Virus record (IMG/VR): IMGVR_UViG_3300027852_000033
Span: 37,905-101,904 of that record
DNA from: a virus
Reading direction: 5' to 3' (one strand)
DNA length: 64,000 nucleotides
Shown here one piece after another: positions 10,063-20,467 of the stretch (position 1 is the first letter of the stretch; each line of letters begins with the position of its first letter). The notes beneath the pieces were generated by a model that worked only from the letters and a program-made list of their open reading frames with translations, searched no databases and was not told the DNA's origin. Both the position numbers and the translations under genes were made by a program.

Positions 10063-10851
10063 TTGATAATTAACTTACCATACAGTCCTAATTTTGATTA
10101 TACAGAGTGGGCACAATATCGGCAAAATATATATGGCGATTTTGCTAAGTGGATATGGAGAATTCCCGATAATCCAGACTATCAAAGATTACCAGGTAAT
10201 ACAAATATCTTTGATTTACTAATCTATGTCGGGAAAGTTTTTGATGAATACCTATTACAGATAGCATATACCGGTGAAAACATACTGTATTCCCCTGCTT
10301 ATCCCGATATAATATATACCAGTGAAGGATATACTTCACCAAATAATGAGGCAGATATTTCTAATGATAGTCCTCATATTAAAATACCATACAATGTATC
10401 CTACTCGATCACAAAACGCTCTCCAGCTTCGGTAGATGCACCATTTGGAAGAAAGAAGAACTGGAAGTTTAGACAGTGTGGAGAATTTGAAGACGAAGAA
10501 GGGCAAGTATGGCTACTAAGAACCAGATGGTGGGAAAATCTTGTAGAGTTTGTATCAATAGCAAGATCAGGATATGAAGTAGAATTATTGTGTTTACTAT
10601 TTGAACACTTTATGGATATCAACGAAGGAAAGATGTTAGAAGCCGGTGTTGATAAGATGGTACCATTTGGTAGAATGAAGGAACCATCAATAAAAATAGA
10701 AAACAGTGGTGTCCACCATCGGACCACTTTATTCTGGTTTAGGACTCAAGAGTTCCAATTCGTTGGACCAGTTACTACCATATCTGGTATACAACTAGAC
10801 GTTCACAGTAATGAGAGTAATGGCGATGAAGATGAAAATTATTCACTATAG
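10063..10851 (+). CDS. Putative tail terminator / completion protein
   Basis: 262 aa, TTG start abutting the previous stop with GGAG RBS; immediately upstream of the tail sheath gene. Confidence 0.5.
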   Translation: MIINLPYSPNFDYTEWAQYRQNIYGDFAKWIWRIPDNPDYQRLPGNTNIFDLLIYVGKVFDEYLLQIAYTGENILYSPAYPDIIYTSEGYTSPNNEADISNDSPHIKIPYNVSYSITKRSPASVDAPFGRKKNWKFRQCGEFEDEEGQVWLLRTRWWENLVEFVSIARSGYEVELLCLLFEHFMDINEGKMLEAGVDKMVPFGRMKEPSIKIENSGVHHRTTLFWFRTQEFQFVGPVTTISGIQLDVHSNESNGDEDENYSL

Positions 10852-10872
10852 ACAATAAGGGGGTATGACAAT

Positions 10873-13293
10873 ATGAGTTTAGAAGAATTTAATGGAGTAA
10901 GATCAGAAATAAATGATGCAGGAACTCCACCTGCGGCCATAACTATATCCAGAAATGGTACTTTTATATTTGGAACAGCCAGTGCTGGGCCAATGAATGT
11001 TCCTATCAGACCAACTCCGGAAAATGTTAGAAGGTTGTTTGGTGAAGTGCCAACAGATGCATCTTTTGATACATCAGTAGTCAGAGGATATTATGAATAT
11101 GTAAATTCATCCAAAAATAAAGCTGATGTTGCTTTGGTTAGAGTTGGTAATGTAGACAGAGCAAAAATTGAGTTGTACGAAAATACTGTACATTTATCTG
11201 GCGATCTTAGTTATTCTCTAATAGATGGGCATCCAGCAGAATCAATGTGGATAGAAGCTATTCCTGATGGAGCGCTATATAATAAAACAAAGGTCACTGT
11301 AACTGAAGATACTAGCAATGAACCTACCTATTTTAAAATTGAACTACCGGATGGAACATCTAAAGGCTGGAATCTTTCATTAAATCCATCCGCGCCAGGT
11401 GTTATAACTGGAGTAGCCGATTTAGTTAATCTAATAAATAACGAGAGTGAATTTGAAAACAAAATCATGGCTGGCTATACCCCAATCCTGAAAGAGATAG
11501 ACCTTACTATAATAGAAACTAGTGGGGTAATAGAAATATCATATGATCTTGGACCAACTATAGCCACTGCTAATGAATCTTGGGGTAATAAATTACAAGG
11601 AATACAGAGTGCATATCAAGCAAAAGATGTAGAATATATGGCAGAAGCTGGCGATCTTATATCTATCCTTGATACAATACCGGAAAAATCACTAACTGGT
11701 CCCGGTACTATGGATGATTTTATCAGAGTATCAAATATGGAATCAGTATTAACTGTAACCCCAACTTATGCAAACCAAAGTAATTTGGAACGTGACTTGT
11801 ATTGCAATTCGGTAACTGGATGGGATAATTCTTATTTAATTTCCGGAAGTGTAACCCATGATTGGGCATTTAAGTTATATGTAAAAAGAAATGGCGCATC
11901 TGTTTATACTGAGTTAGAAGAAACTACTCATTATACTCTTAATACTACCACTGCTAAATTAACAATAGTAGAAACTACAAATCTCGGCGATGTTTATTAT
12001 GTATCTTATAGGTACCAGATAAGTTATGCAGAAGCTAAATTAAAATCTGATTTGGTAGATGGCGATGACCGTATGTATTTTATTTCAGGTAATAACATTA
12101 TATTTGGTGCAGAACAACCAACTGATACTTATATATACTATAATGCAAATGTATATTTTGAGAGTGCCGATATTGAAATTAGTGACTACAATACTGCTAC
12201 AATAGAGTTTATTAACGGATCTAACTTACCGGATCCTACTTTAACAGTTACTTTGGAATTACTTGTCGAACCAGAATTACCGGCTATAACCAGTCAAGTT
12301 TTACCAGGTAGTGTCATACAACCTGGCGCTTTATCAGGTGGTAGTGATGGTAGTACAATGACTAAATCTAAATTTACTGAAGCAGTTAAAGCAGCTTTTG
12401 TATCTGTAGATCTTTATCCTAGGAAAAACAATGTAGTCATGGGACTATACTTGGATGATGTAACTGCGGGTTATAATGATGAAACAGGTTTAGCAGAAAA
12501 TAAACCAGTGAATATGCATGCTGCCATATTGCCATATATAGATAGATCGTCTAATCTTGTTAGTGAATGTGTACTTGAAGTTCCGGTTAGACCATTGGCT
12601 GATTTAGACCAATCATCTATCAATACTTGGTTAACCTCTCTAACAGAGAATTCTGATAGTGATCTAAATAGACCGGCTAATTTAATAGATGGTATAAACA
12701 ATTTTAGAGCAGAAGCTCCCCTTGGAGTATTTATCACTTCAATATCAGAGATTAATAGCGGTAGAAAGTACTTTATGAATCCTGCTACTTTATATGCTGC
12801 ATATAAACAGGATATGCCATATAATGAATCAGCTACTCATGGCTTTATACCAGGAAATGTACAGGATCTTGGGGTAAAAATATTTAATGGGGAAACAATA
12901 GGTAAACTAAATGCTAAACGATATACTTCGGCTATAGTAGATTATGGTGAACGTGCAATATGGGCAGATGGCCCTACATTAGCCATAGCTGGAAGGTCTC
13001 AATTTGACAGGCAATTTGTAAGAGATACTACATATTTAGCAGTTGGTATAGCAAGAGAAGTAGCCGAAAAGTATATAGGTAAACCTAGACTTCCTATGTA
13101 TTTGATAGCAATGAAAAAGGATATTTCAAAAGCGCTTGGTATGTTGGTACCAGATGCATTATCTGATTTCTTTGTTAGTCTTATCCCTGTAGAAGATGGA
13201 TATATAACAGGGAATACCAAAATAGGACTATTTTTAGTAACTGCTAAAGAAATACGGAAAGTTACTATAGAAACTTCAATTAGTTTAATATAG
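10873..13293 (+). CDS. Contractile tail sheath protein
   Basis: 806 aa. N-terminal GVRSEIND...IFGTASAGPMNVP, ALVRV, LSGGSDG; C-terminal sheath domain ending EIRKVTIETSI; followed by the tube gene. Confidence 0.85.
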   Translation: MSLEEFNGVRSEINDAGTPPAAITISRNGTFIFGTASAGPMNVPIRPTPENVRRLFGEVPTDASFDTSVVRGYYEYVNSSKNKADVALVRVGNVDRAKIELYENTVHLSGDLSYSLIDGHPAESMWIEAIPDGALYNKTKVTVTEDTSNEPTYFKIELPDGTSKGWNLSLNPSAPGVITGVADLVNLINNESEFENKIMAGYTPILKEIDLTIIETSGVIEISYDLGPTIATANESWGNKLQGIQSAYQAKDVEYMAEAGDLISILDTIPEKSLTGPGTMDDFIRVSNMESVLTVTPTYANQSNLERDLYCNSVTGWDNSYLISGSVTHDWAFKLYVKRNGASVYTELEETTHYTLNTTTAKLTIVETTNLGDVYYVSYRYQISYAEAKLKSDLVDGDDRMYFISGNNIIFGAEQPTDTYIYYNANVYFESADIEISDYNTATIEFINGSNLPDPTLTVTLELLVEPELPAITSQVLPGSVIQPGALSGGSDGSTMTKSKFTEAVKAAFVSVDLYPRKNNVVMGLYLDDVTAGYNDETGLAENKPVNMHAAILPYIDRSSNLVSECVLEVPVRPLADLDQSSINTWLTSLTENSDSDLNRPANLIDGINNFRAEAPLGVFITSISEINSGRKYFMNPATLYAAYKQDMPYNESATHGFIPGNVQDLGVKIFNGETIGKLNAKRYTSAIVDYGERAIWADGPTLAIAGRSQFDRQFVRDTTYLAVGIAREVAEKYIGKPRLPMYLIAMKKDISKALGMLVPDALSDFFVSLIPVEDGYITGNTKIGLFLVTAKEIRKVTIETSISLI

Positions 13294-13309
13294 AATATAG
13301 GGGGATAAT

Positions 13310-14005
13310 ATGGGAGCTGAAGCAAGTGGAACCGGAATATCAAAGAGTTTTGTAAAAACATATTCCACTTTTAGTGGAGTAGATATAACCGCATTATTTG
13401 ATGACATGACTCTTATGACTGTGCAAGGAATAGCGGTTTCAATAACCAGAGAAAAAGTGCCGGTATATGTATTTGGCAGGTCTAGACCAGTATCAATATC
13501 CAGAGGTAAAAGAGGTATAGCTGGTACTCTTCAATTTGTGTTATTTGATAGAGATGCACTTTATGCACTAACTGATGATCCTGATCATTGGTACTATGCA
13601 CATGCAGATGAAGTAGATTGGTTAACAAATCAAGTTAATTATGCGGATTATCATGCCGAAGTAAATGGTGCAAATCCCGCAGTTGCGGCTTCGGTTAGGA
13701 GCAGACCGGATTATATGGACCAAGTATGGCCGTTTGATGTAACACTCATAGCCCAAAATGAATATGGGCATGGTGCTTGGAGTGCTATAATAGGGCTTGA
13801 AATTATAAATGAAGGTGGAGGTATATCTATGGATGACCTTACCAATGAGGAACAAGCAACTTATATAGCCATACACCGAACACCGTGGTCACCATTAGAG
13901 GACGCATGGTCGGGAGAAGAACAGGCAATGTCTTATGAGGCAGCTTCCGCGGTACTTACACCCGAAGGAACAATTGGGATTGGGACCCCACCTCAAGGCG
14001 GTTAA
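13310..14005 (+). CDS. Tail tube protein
   Basis: 231 aa directly after the sheath gene; motifs TYSTFSGVDI, SRGKRGIAGTLQF, DQVWPFDVTL, GISMDD; followed by a terminator. Confidence 0.8.
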   Translation: MGAEASGTGISKSFVKTYSTFSGVDITALFDDMTLMTVQGIAVSITREKVPVYVFGRSRPVSISRGKRGIAGTLQFVLFDRDALYALTDDPDHWYYAHADEVDWLTNQVNYADYHAEVNGANPAVAASVRSRPDYMDQVWPFDVTLIAQNEYGHGAWSAIIGLEIINEGGGISMDDLTNEEQATYIAIHRTPWSPLEDAWSGEEQAMSYEAASAVLTPEGTIGIGTPPQGG

Positions 14006-14090
14006 TAAGTAAATATATTTTTAATATATATATTGTAAAAAATAATGTTTCCCTCCTTCCTTTTCCGCTAGACATTATAGTCTAGTAACT

Positions 14091-14118
14091 AAAGGGGACC
14101 TTCGGGTCCCCTTTTTTT
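14091..14118 (+). terminator. Rho-independent terminator after sheath-tube
   Basis: AAAGGGGACC-TTCG-GGTCCCCTTT followed by a T tract; C(UUCG)G tetraloop. Confidence 0.92.
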
Positions 14119-14131
14119 GTTTACGTTTTTG

Positions 14132-14140
14132 TGATATAAT
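14132..14140 (+). promoter_or_regulatory. Extended -10 promoter element
   Basis: TGATATAAT just downstream of the terminator and 27 nt upstream of ATG 14168. Confidence 0.5.
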
Positions 14141-14167
14141 TAATCAAAACTACTTTGAGAGGATAAT

Positions 14168-15538
14168 ATGGGTACTGGTTCAAAAGCACTGGATAGTGTA
14201 TACAACGGGAATATCGGGGGTACAATATATGACCCAAAATATGGAGACCTTCTCAACTATCCTGAAAGTTTAGTAATTGGAGATCAATTATTTCCTATGC
14301 TATTTATATATTATTATGATGAGAAATCCGGGCGCAAAGTGGATCGTGAAAAATTAAAGGAAGGATTGATTCAGTTAACAAAAGATATTATAGAGTATAA
14401 AGGAGGGAAAGATACAAAATACAGTGAAAAACAGCGTAATGATTATATGGCTGATTTTCTAAAATATTCATCTAAATGGAGAAGAGCATTTGAGGATGGG
14501 GTTAATAAAAACCCTACATTTTTATGGCAGTTGGCTAATACTGTAGTAAACCTTATGAATAGATATAAAACCAGGATACCAAGTTCAAAGGGAGAATACT
14601 ACCAAAAGGGGACTGGGAAAAATAAGAAGTTTAGTTATTTTCCAATGATAGAAGCTAATAGTCCAGATGCGCTATATGATACTATGGAAACCCTTAAGAT
14701 ATTATATGAAAACGACATAATAGGATATGATCATAAAATAGGGATAAGGCCAATAAATTTATTCACTGGCGATTTCGCCAAAGATATGAGATATGTTATA
14801 GATGGTATGGAAACTGCCAGAATGCTTGGTCTTCCGGGACAAGGTCTATTTACAGTAAATAATATGCCGAAAACATCATGGATGTATCATACTTTTTCTG
14901 GGGTTGATATAAAAGCTACCGCCTCTTTAAATACTACTGTATCTGAACTAAGTGGACTAACCAGTTTATCATGGTCACTACATAAAGGAAAAACTACACA
15001 GCGGCCACTTGGAAAAACTAGTCCTGCCGGAAGGGCCAGTGGATCTAGAACCATAGCTGGTACTATGATATTTGCACTATCTGATCACCATCCTTTACTA
15101 GATATTATACCAAGTGATTACCCTGTAACAAATAAACTATCTATACTAAATGATCCTAGAGCATGGCGCCCAATGATGTTAGCTGACCAAATACCACCAT
15201 TCGATATAAATTTAATACTAACAAATGAATATGGATTTGCATCAATAGTTACCTTGTATGGAGTAGAAGTGATGGATGAAAGCTGTGTATATGGAGTGGA
15301 TAATCTTATTAATGAATTAGTTATCCAATATGTTGCAGTTACTATGGATCCCATAGTTCAAGTAGAATTGGATGAAAATGGTTTCATTGATCCGTATGGA
15401 TTGCTACAAGGCGGGTATTCTAAATTCTTCGAACATAGAGAAATGGTAGCCCAAGGCATTGCTTACTCTGACCTTGAAGAGAAATACGAAGAATATTATG
15501 ATACTGTGTTCGATGTTCTGAATCGGCAAAGAAATTAA
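14168..15538 (+). CDS. Tail tube paralog (tube initiator-like) with an N-terminal extension
   Basis: C-terminal half repeats the tube motifs: HTFSGVDIKA, GSRTIAGTMIF, DQIPPFDINLILTNEYG, GVDNL. GAGAGG RBS. Confidence 0.75.
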   Translation: MGTGSKALDSVYNGNIGGTIYDPKYGDLLNYPESLVIGDQLFPMLFIYYYDEKSGRKVDREKLKEGLIQLTKDIIEYKGGKDTKYSEKQRNDYMADFLKYSSKWRRAFEDGVNKNPTFLWQLANTVVNLMNRYKTRIPSSKGEYYQKGTGKNKKFSYFPMIEANSPDALYDTMETLKILYENDIIGYDHKIGIRPINLFTGDFAKDMRYVIDGMETARMLGLPGQGLFTVNNMPKTSWMYHTFSGVDIKATASLNTTVSELSGLTSLSWSLHKGKTTQRPLGKTSPAGRASGSRTIAGTMIFALSDHHPLLDIIPSDYPVTNKLSILNDPRAWRPMMLADQIPPFDINLILTNEYGFASIVTLYGVEVMDESCVYGVDNLINELVIQYVAVTMDPIVQVELDENGFIDPYGLLQGGYSKFFEHREMVAQGIAYSDLEEKYEEYYDTVFDVLNRQRN

Positions 15539-15556
15539 TTAGGATAACTTCTTTAG

Positions 15557-15781
15557 TTACCAATATGGCTTTTTTGTATCTGATGCATGTGATAGTTGTA
15601 CTTTCTTCTCAAGTTTTAAATCATCTGGGTCAAGATAAAATACTGGGCCGCGGAACCCACATGCGCACCATATACCATATGTATCTTTGTAGCCCTCTGG
15701 TCCATGTAATTCATGTCCGCACTCTTTTTCAAGATACGAATATGGGCAGTTATACAAAGAGTAATCTGCCTGATTTTTCAT
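15557..15781 (-). CDS. Small Cys/His-rich hypothetical protein
   Basis: 74 aa, AAGGAG RBS; CPY...CGHELH...CACG. Confidence 0.65.
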   Translation of the reverse strand: MKNQADYSLYNCPYSYLEKECGHELHGPEGYKDTYGIWCACGFRGPVFYLDPDDLKLEKKVQLSHASDTKKPYW

Positions 15782-15786
15782 TGATA

Positions 15787-16101
15787 CTACTCCTTATTTG
15801 TATGAATTGTCTGATCCAATTTTGGTGGTAAGTTTTCAGGACCTTTTCCGCCATCGGGAATATTTACATGTTCAAAATTGGGAGACTCCATTAATGGTTC
15901 TTTGCTCAAAACTATTAATCGGCTAACATCCAACCAAATACCATTGGTTATTTCTCCTTCTTTACCAAGTGCTATTGATCTTACCACAGCCTGAATACAT
16001 CCATATAAATCAAAAGATACGGAGGTTACTACTCCTTTAAAATCAGAAACTTTATCTTTTACTTCATGCCCTAATAATTCTAAATGCTTTTCGACACTCA
16101 T
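15787..16101 (-). CDS. Phage hypothetical protein (small beta-barrel-like)
   Basis: 104 aa, AAGGAG RBS; LGxEVKDKVSxFKGVVTS...LYGCIQ pattern common in small phage proteins. Confidence 0.75.
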   Translation of the reverse strand: MSVEKHLELLGHEVKDKVSDFKGVVTSVSFDLYGCIQAVVRSIALGKEGEITNGIWLDVSRLIVLSKEPLMESPNFEHVNIPDGGKGPENLPPKLDQTIHTNKE

Positions 16102-16168
16102 AAATTTACTCCTTATTTATATTGTTTTATCTAATTTGCAAGTAAAAAATAATCTGCTTATTTTTTCA

Positions 16169-16450
16169 TTACCCCTCCTTTTTTTGTCTTTTTACTTCCT
16201 TCTTTGCACTATGAATACGAACAGTTGCTCGTATCAATAATGTTAAAGGTAACAACGCAAGACATACTAAAATAGTGATGCCAACTCTCAAACTTGTGAC
16301 GAAATGACACATCACCTCATACAATGTTGCAAATAACTCTTTAACAAACTTACCAGTATCAAGCCGCAAAAACTCAATAATATTCATTTTGGCGACATTA
16401 GACTCGCAATTTCTAATTTTGCCATTATCTCTAATAAACTCTTTCTTCAT
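16169..16450 (-). CDS. Small membrane protein
   Basis: 93 aa; hydrophobic segment VGITILVCLALLPLTLLI; AAGGAG upstream; overlaps the end of the 1274-aa gene. Confidence 0.6.
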   Translation of the reverse strand: MKKEFIRDNGKIRNCESNVAKMNIIEFLRLDTGKFVKELFATLYEVMCHFVTSLRVGITILVCLALLPLTLLIRATVRIHSAKKEVKRQKKEG

Positions 16451-19400
16451 TTGTAATCCCTGATACTCCTTTATATAATTTATCTAATTCAGAAGGATAA
16501 GTATAGTCTGCCGAATTTTCGCATTTCTTTTTAAGTACTGTAGTTTTTATTCCGGGAACTATTATTCTTTCCAGATAATTAGTAGGTATTAATTTTTTCA
16601 GTAAATTCATACGCTGTAAACCACTAGCATAAGTGGCATGCTTAATATCTTTTTCAGTACGGGGTAATGCCATATCCGATAATATAGCGTGTTCACTACC
16701 GAATGGGTAAATAGCGATACTTAGATCCGGGATCTCTACCATATTACCTGGATCTTTTTGATGTCTTTCTCTTCTATGATAGAATTTGAAAGGAATATAG
16801 TCAGGTACTCCGGTCATATATCTAAACATGCCTGGAAAGGCATACGAATATATTTCACTCCCTTTCATACCGTCATGTGTTATTCTTGCATCTAATCTTC
16901 TCACATCAATTGATTTTCCAGCAGGGCTAATCATTTGTTGTGTAGTATCATACCATGTACCTATTTCTCTATATAGTTTATGCGTTACCCTATTGATTTC
17001 CTCTATTTTAGTCGTTACATAAGTTTGAGCATAATTATAGAACTGCATAGTAGATTTTACAAATGACAATGGGTACGCCATAAGGTCATAATATATCATA
17101 TTATATCTAAGTGTACTATAAGGCGGAATATTATCGGCCATATTTTCACTAATCTCTGTATTAACAGATGAACTTATTAAATACTTTGTAAATATACGAT
17201 TATTATACCAAGTATTATCATTGGAAGAATCATCATTGGAAGAATTAACTGTTTCTACATTCTCTGTTGGTTTTAGTCCTTTTAACATATCTTTCATTGG
17301 TAACTGTTTATTTTTCACAAAGTTGCGCAATGAATAATTTTGTATAGAACTAGGTAACACCCTAAAATAATTATGACTTACCGTACCATCTATAGTCTTA
17401 GCTAATTGACTAGGCCGTTCATGGTAGGTCATACGCGCCTTGATTCTTGTTGGTTTAAATATAGTCTTATCCTTACTTGTTATATACCCAAACCTATTTG
17501 TATGAGGATGATTTTCCAGATTTAGATTGTTATAATATACTTTAAATAAGTTAGGATTCCCTGCAAACATAGGCAATTTCTTTCTAAGAAATCTCATTAG
17601 TTTCTTATCGTTATCAAACAACTTGACAATTGTTTTACGCTTACTCGTCCGTTCTTTTTCTTTCATTTTATGTATAACATTAATAAATTCTATACCATGA
17701 ACAAACTTAGTTTTTTTACTTTTCCTTATATGGTTAGCCCTTAGTATAGAAAGCTCAGGGTATCTTTTTTTATCCTTGTTATACGCAGTTCTAATTTTAT
17801 CAAACAGTTTCTTATTATTACCTTTTACAAACTGTTTTCCCTCAATATATTCCCATCTATTTCTTACAGTATCTACCTTTGGTTGTGAATTATCATAACT
17901 ATAATTTGCGGCTATATAATCCTTATGTAACCCTTCTCTATCAGGCTTATTGGTAGTTATTGTAATATCTCTTGCAGGATGCATATTATCCTGTCCTAAT
18001 TTTTTATACGTTAGTTTAGACGTATATCTATATCTTTTATCCCTTGTTCTAATCCAATTCCCGTTCTCTTTGATATAGAAATAATCCATATCCTTGAGCT
18101 GATCCACATAATCATGATCGATAGTAGGTATAGTTTTAGCACTTGAGTCTATCATTGCTCCTGTAACATTAACCTTCATTAATTTATGACCTGCAAGTTT
18201 TTCAAAATATTCATGGCCATATTTACGCCAAGTTCTTGTGGATACTATCATAAATGGTCCATTGAGAGCAGCATCCCATACTTTTTTTACACTCCCATAT
18301 TCCTTAACTACTTCTGAGTAATTTTTATGGGTTGTTGCATCAGCATATCCGCCATATATTAAACCACCAGTGTTCATTACCTCTATCTTCCTAACTTTAG
18401 TTTTATAAATTTTAGTAATAGGTAACCTAGTAGCGCCTGTTTTTCTACCACGCCTCATTGAATACCCATTTCGTTGTCTACATTCTTTTCTTAAATTACG
18501 CCCGAATTTTATTACTTCTTTAAACCACCTATTGTATCCCATTATTACAAAATCTGTACGAATTCTGGTTCCATTGTAATTTAACATTTTACCAGGTTTG
18601 TCTCTCCCTTCGAAATATGGAAACATAGTTTTTAAACCCGCGTCTAGTCTATGTCTATATTCTCCACTACCTGAAGAACCTGCCCATAGAGCTATACTAA
18701 CATAATTCTTGTTAAAATATCTTTTGTAATCCTCTTTCTTAACTGATGGGCATCTTATTGGAGTTGCAAGAGACATCTCAGGATACATATCTCTAAACGC
18801 TTCTGCGAGGTTATACATTCTACCCCACCATCTCAAAGATTTTAGCGAGCCTGTCCCTGCCATATATTTATCATAAGCTTTTAAATAACTATCTATAGGA
18901 ATATATTTTAAATACAATCCCTCCCAGTAGTCATATATGTTCATATGAGCTATAGCTTTCTGATAGTCCTTTTTTGCCTTTTCAAATTGGCCAACTGGAT
19001 ATTTTTTAAAGTTGGCATACTTCTTAATATTACACATTTTAGTATCCCATCTTTTATTATTGAGCTTACCTTTATAATTATAATCCCCTATATGTCCAGC
19101 TATGTACTCAGTTTCATACTCTTTAATCTTTTTGTACATACCAGCAATACTATAACTTGGAGTTTGTCTATATTTAAAACCGCTTTTATACCATTTAGGT
19201 GCAGGATGGCATAATTTAGTAAGTCTGAGTTTTGCCATGTACATTCTGGTAAATATATATACCCTAATTTTACGAAGCAGCTCACTGTTAGGATCATTTA
19301 TTAACGGACCATAAGTTAGTTTCGCCTTATTATGAAATGTTTGCCGTCTTGTTGGTCCTTTTGATGACCCTTTCATTATTTGTTTATGTTGGCGATAATC

Positions 19401-20255
19401 CCACTCATGTTTAGACATTCTATCTTCTATAAAATTGTCATCATGCCCATAGAGTAATCTGTCATGAAATGCCCAGTCGCTTGAACTTTTTCTATATCTT
19501 TTAAAATCATAGACATACAAAAACGGGCCATTCTTATTAGTAGTTAAAATTTTATCAAACGGTTTCTCATCTCTAAAATCATACATAATATCATCATCGA
19601 TCATACTGCAATATTCTATATTATTCTTTCTTTTCTTCCCGGCCCATACCCTATATTTCATAGGATAGTCCTCGGGATGAAATAGAGAATAATCCTTAGG
19701 AGCTACATATTTTGTACTACCTACTGTAGTATGTAACCATTTATTAGGTGCTATATCATCAAAAAAACCAAACTTTGGATTTTTATGATAACGATACTTA
19801 AAGGTTTTATACTCATTTTCTTTTGTACGAAAATTAAATTTCCTTGGGTATACAACATTTTCTTTATTGTAAAGTAATTTACCCGCTATTTTCTTATCAG
19901 TAATACATATACTATCTATAGTATTAGATATATCAAATCTATGTATTTTACTAAATTTAATTGCATTATTAGCGACGAAATATCCTGGGTAATAGGGTGT
20001 ACAAGGACCAGCCCCACTAAAGAAAGGATCAGTTTTCAACATTCTCGCTTTTTTCCAATCTAGTCTATGTCTATTAACCCTAAAATGATATTCCATTTTT
20101 TCACTAAATGTTTTTTGATACTGTTTATTATCTACATCTAAAGGGATAACCTTGTACTCCCAACCAAAACCATATTTGGCATATCCGGCATATCCAATTT
20201 CAGATAATACAACAGAAAGGCCTATCAATAATACAACTTTAAATAGAGTTTTCAT
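16431..20255 (-). CDS. Large K/Y-rich basic protein with a Sec signal peptide, function unknown
   Basis: 1274 aa, AAGGAG RBS. N-terminus MKTLFKVVLLIGLSVVLSEIGYA has n-, h- and c-regions. No recognisable catalytic motif. Confidence 0.8.
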   Translation of the reverse strand: MKTLFKVVLLIGLSVVLSEIGYAGYAKYGFGWEYKVIPLDVDNKQYQKTFSEKMEYHFRVNRHRLDWKKARMLKTDPFFSGAGPCTPYYPGYFVANNAIKFSKIHRFDISNTIDSICITDKKIAGKLLYNKENVVYPRKFNFRTKENEYKTFKYRYHKNPKFGFFDDIAPNKWLHTTVGSTKYVAPKDYSLFHPEDYPMKYRVWAGKKRKNNIEYCSMIDDDIMYDFRDEKPFDKILTTNKNGPFLYVYDFKRYRKSSSDWAFHDRLLYGHDDNFIEDRMSKHEWDYRQHKQIMKGSSKGPTRRQTFHNKAKLTYGPLINDPNSELLRKIRVYIFTRMYMAKLRLTKLCHPAPKWYKSGFKYRQTPSYSIAGMYKKIKEYETEYIAGHIGDYNYKGKLNNKRWDTKMCNIKKYANFKKYPVGQFEKAKKDYQKAIAHMNIYDYWEGLYLKYIPIDSYLKAYDKYMAGTGSLKSLRWWGRMYNLAEAFRDMYPEMSLATPIRCPSVKKEDYKRYFNKNYVSIALWAGSSGSGEYRHRLDAGLKTMFPYFEGRDKPGKMLNYNGTRIRTDFVIMGYNRWFKEVIKFGRNLRKECRQRNGYSMRRGRKTGATRLPITKIYKTKVRKIEVMNTGGLIYGGYADATTHKNYSEVVKEYGSVKKVWDAALNGPFMIVSTRTWRKYGHEYFEKLAGHKLMKVNVTGAMIDSSAKTIPTIDHDYVDQLKDMDYFYIKENGNWIRTRDKRYRYTSKLTYKKLGQDNMHPARDITITTNKPDREGLHKDYIAANYSYDNSQPKVDTVRNRWEYIEGKQFVKGNNKKLFDKIRTAYNKDKKRYPELSILRANHIRKSKKTKFVHGIEFINVIHKMKEKERTSKRKTIVKLFDNDKKLMRFLRKKLPMFAGNPNLFKVYYNNLNLENHPHTNRFGYITSKDKTIFKPTRIKARMTYHERPSQLAKTIDGTVSHNYFRVLPSSIQNYSLRNFVKNKQLPMKDMLKGLKPTENVETVNSSNDDSSNDNTWYNNRIFTKYLISSSVNTEISENMADNIPPYSTLRYNMIYYDLMAYPLSFVKSTMQFYNYAQTYVTTKIEEINRVTHKLYREIGTWYDTTQQMISPAGKSIDVRRLDARITHDGMKGSEIYSYAFPGMFRYMTGVPDYIPFKFYHRRERHQKDPGNMVEIPDLSIAIYPFGSEHAILSDMALPRTEKDIKHATYASGLQRMNLLKKLIPTNYLERIIVPGIKTTVLKKKCENSADYTYPSELDKLYKGVSGITNEERVY

Positions 20256-20467
20256 AATATTCTCCTTGATCTTTTAATTAGTTAAATATTATTATTATAT
20301 TTTAACTGTGTTTTCCAGATAATAAAAGAATAAGTTTTGAATATCAGCGGAAATAGTACAATAATGGTTAGATAGATCAAGTGGTAGGTAACAATAACTT
20401 GTTAACAATGTGAAAATAAATAATCCCACTCCGAACGCATAGCGTGAGGTTCTGGGTATATATTAAT

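Noticed and set aside
14030-14090. tRNA or other structured RNA between the tube gene and its terminator
   Set aside because: Only a short CTAGAC/GTCTAG hairpin and a pyrimidine tract; no cloverleaf or T-loop motif. No tRNA was recognised anywhere in the window by eye.
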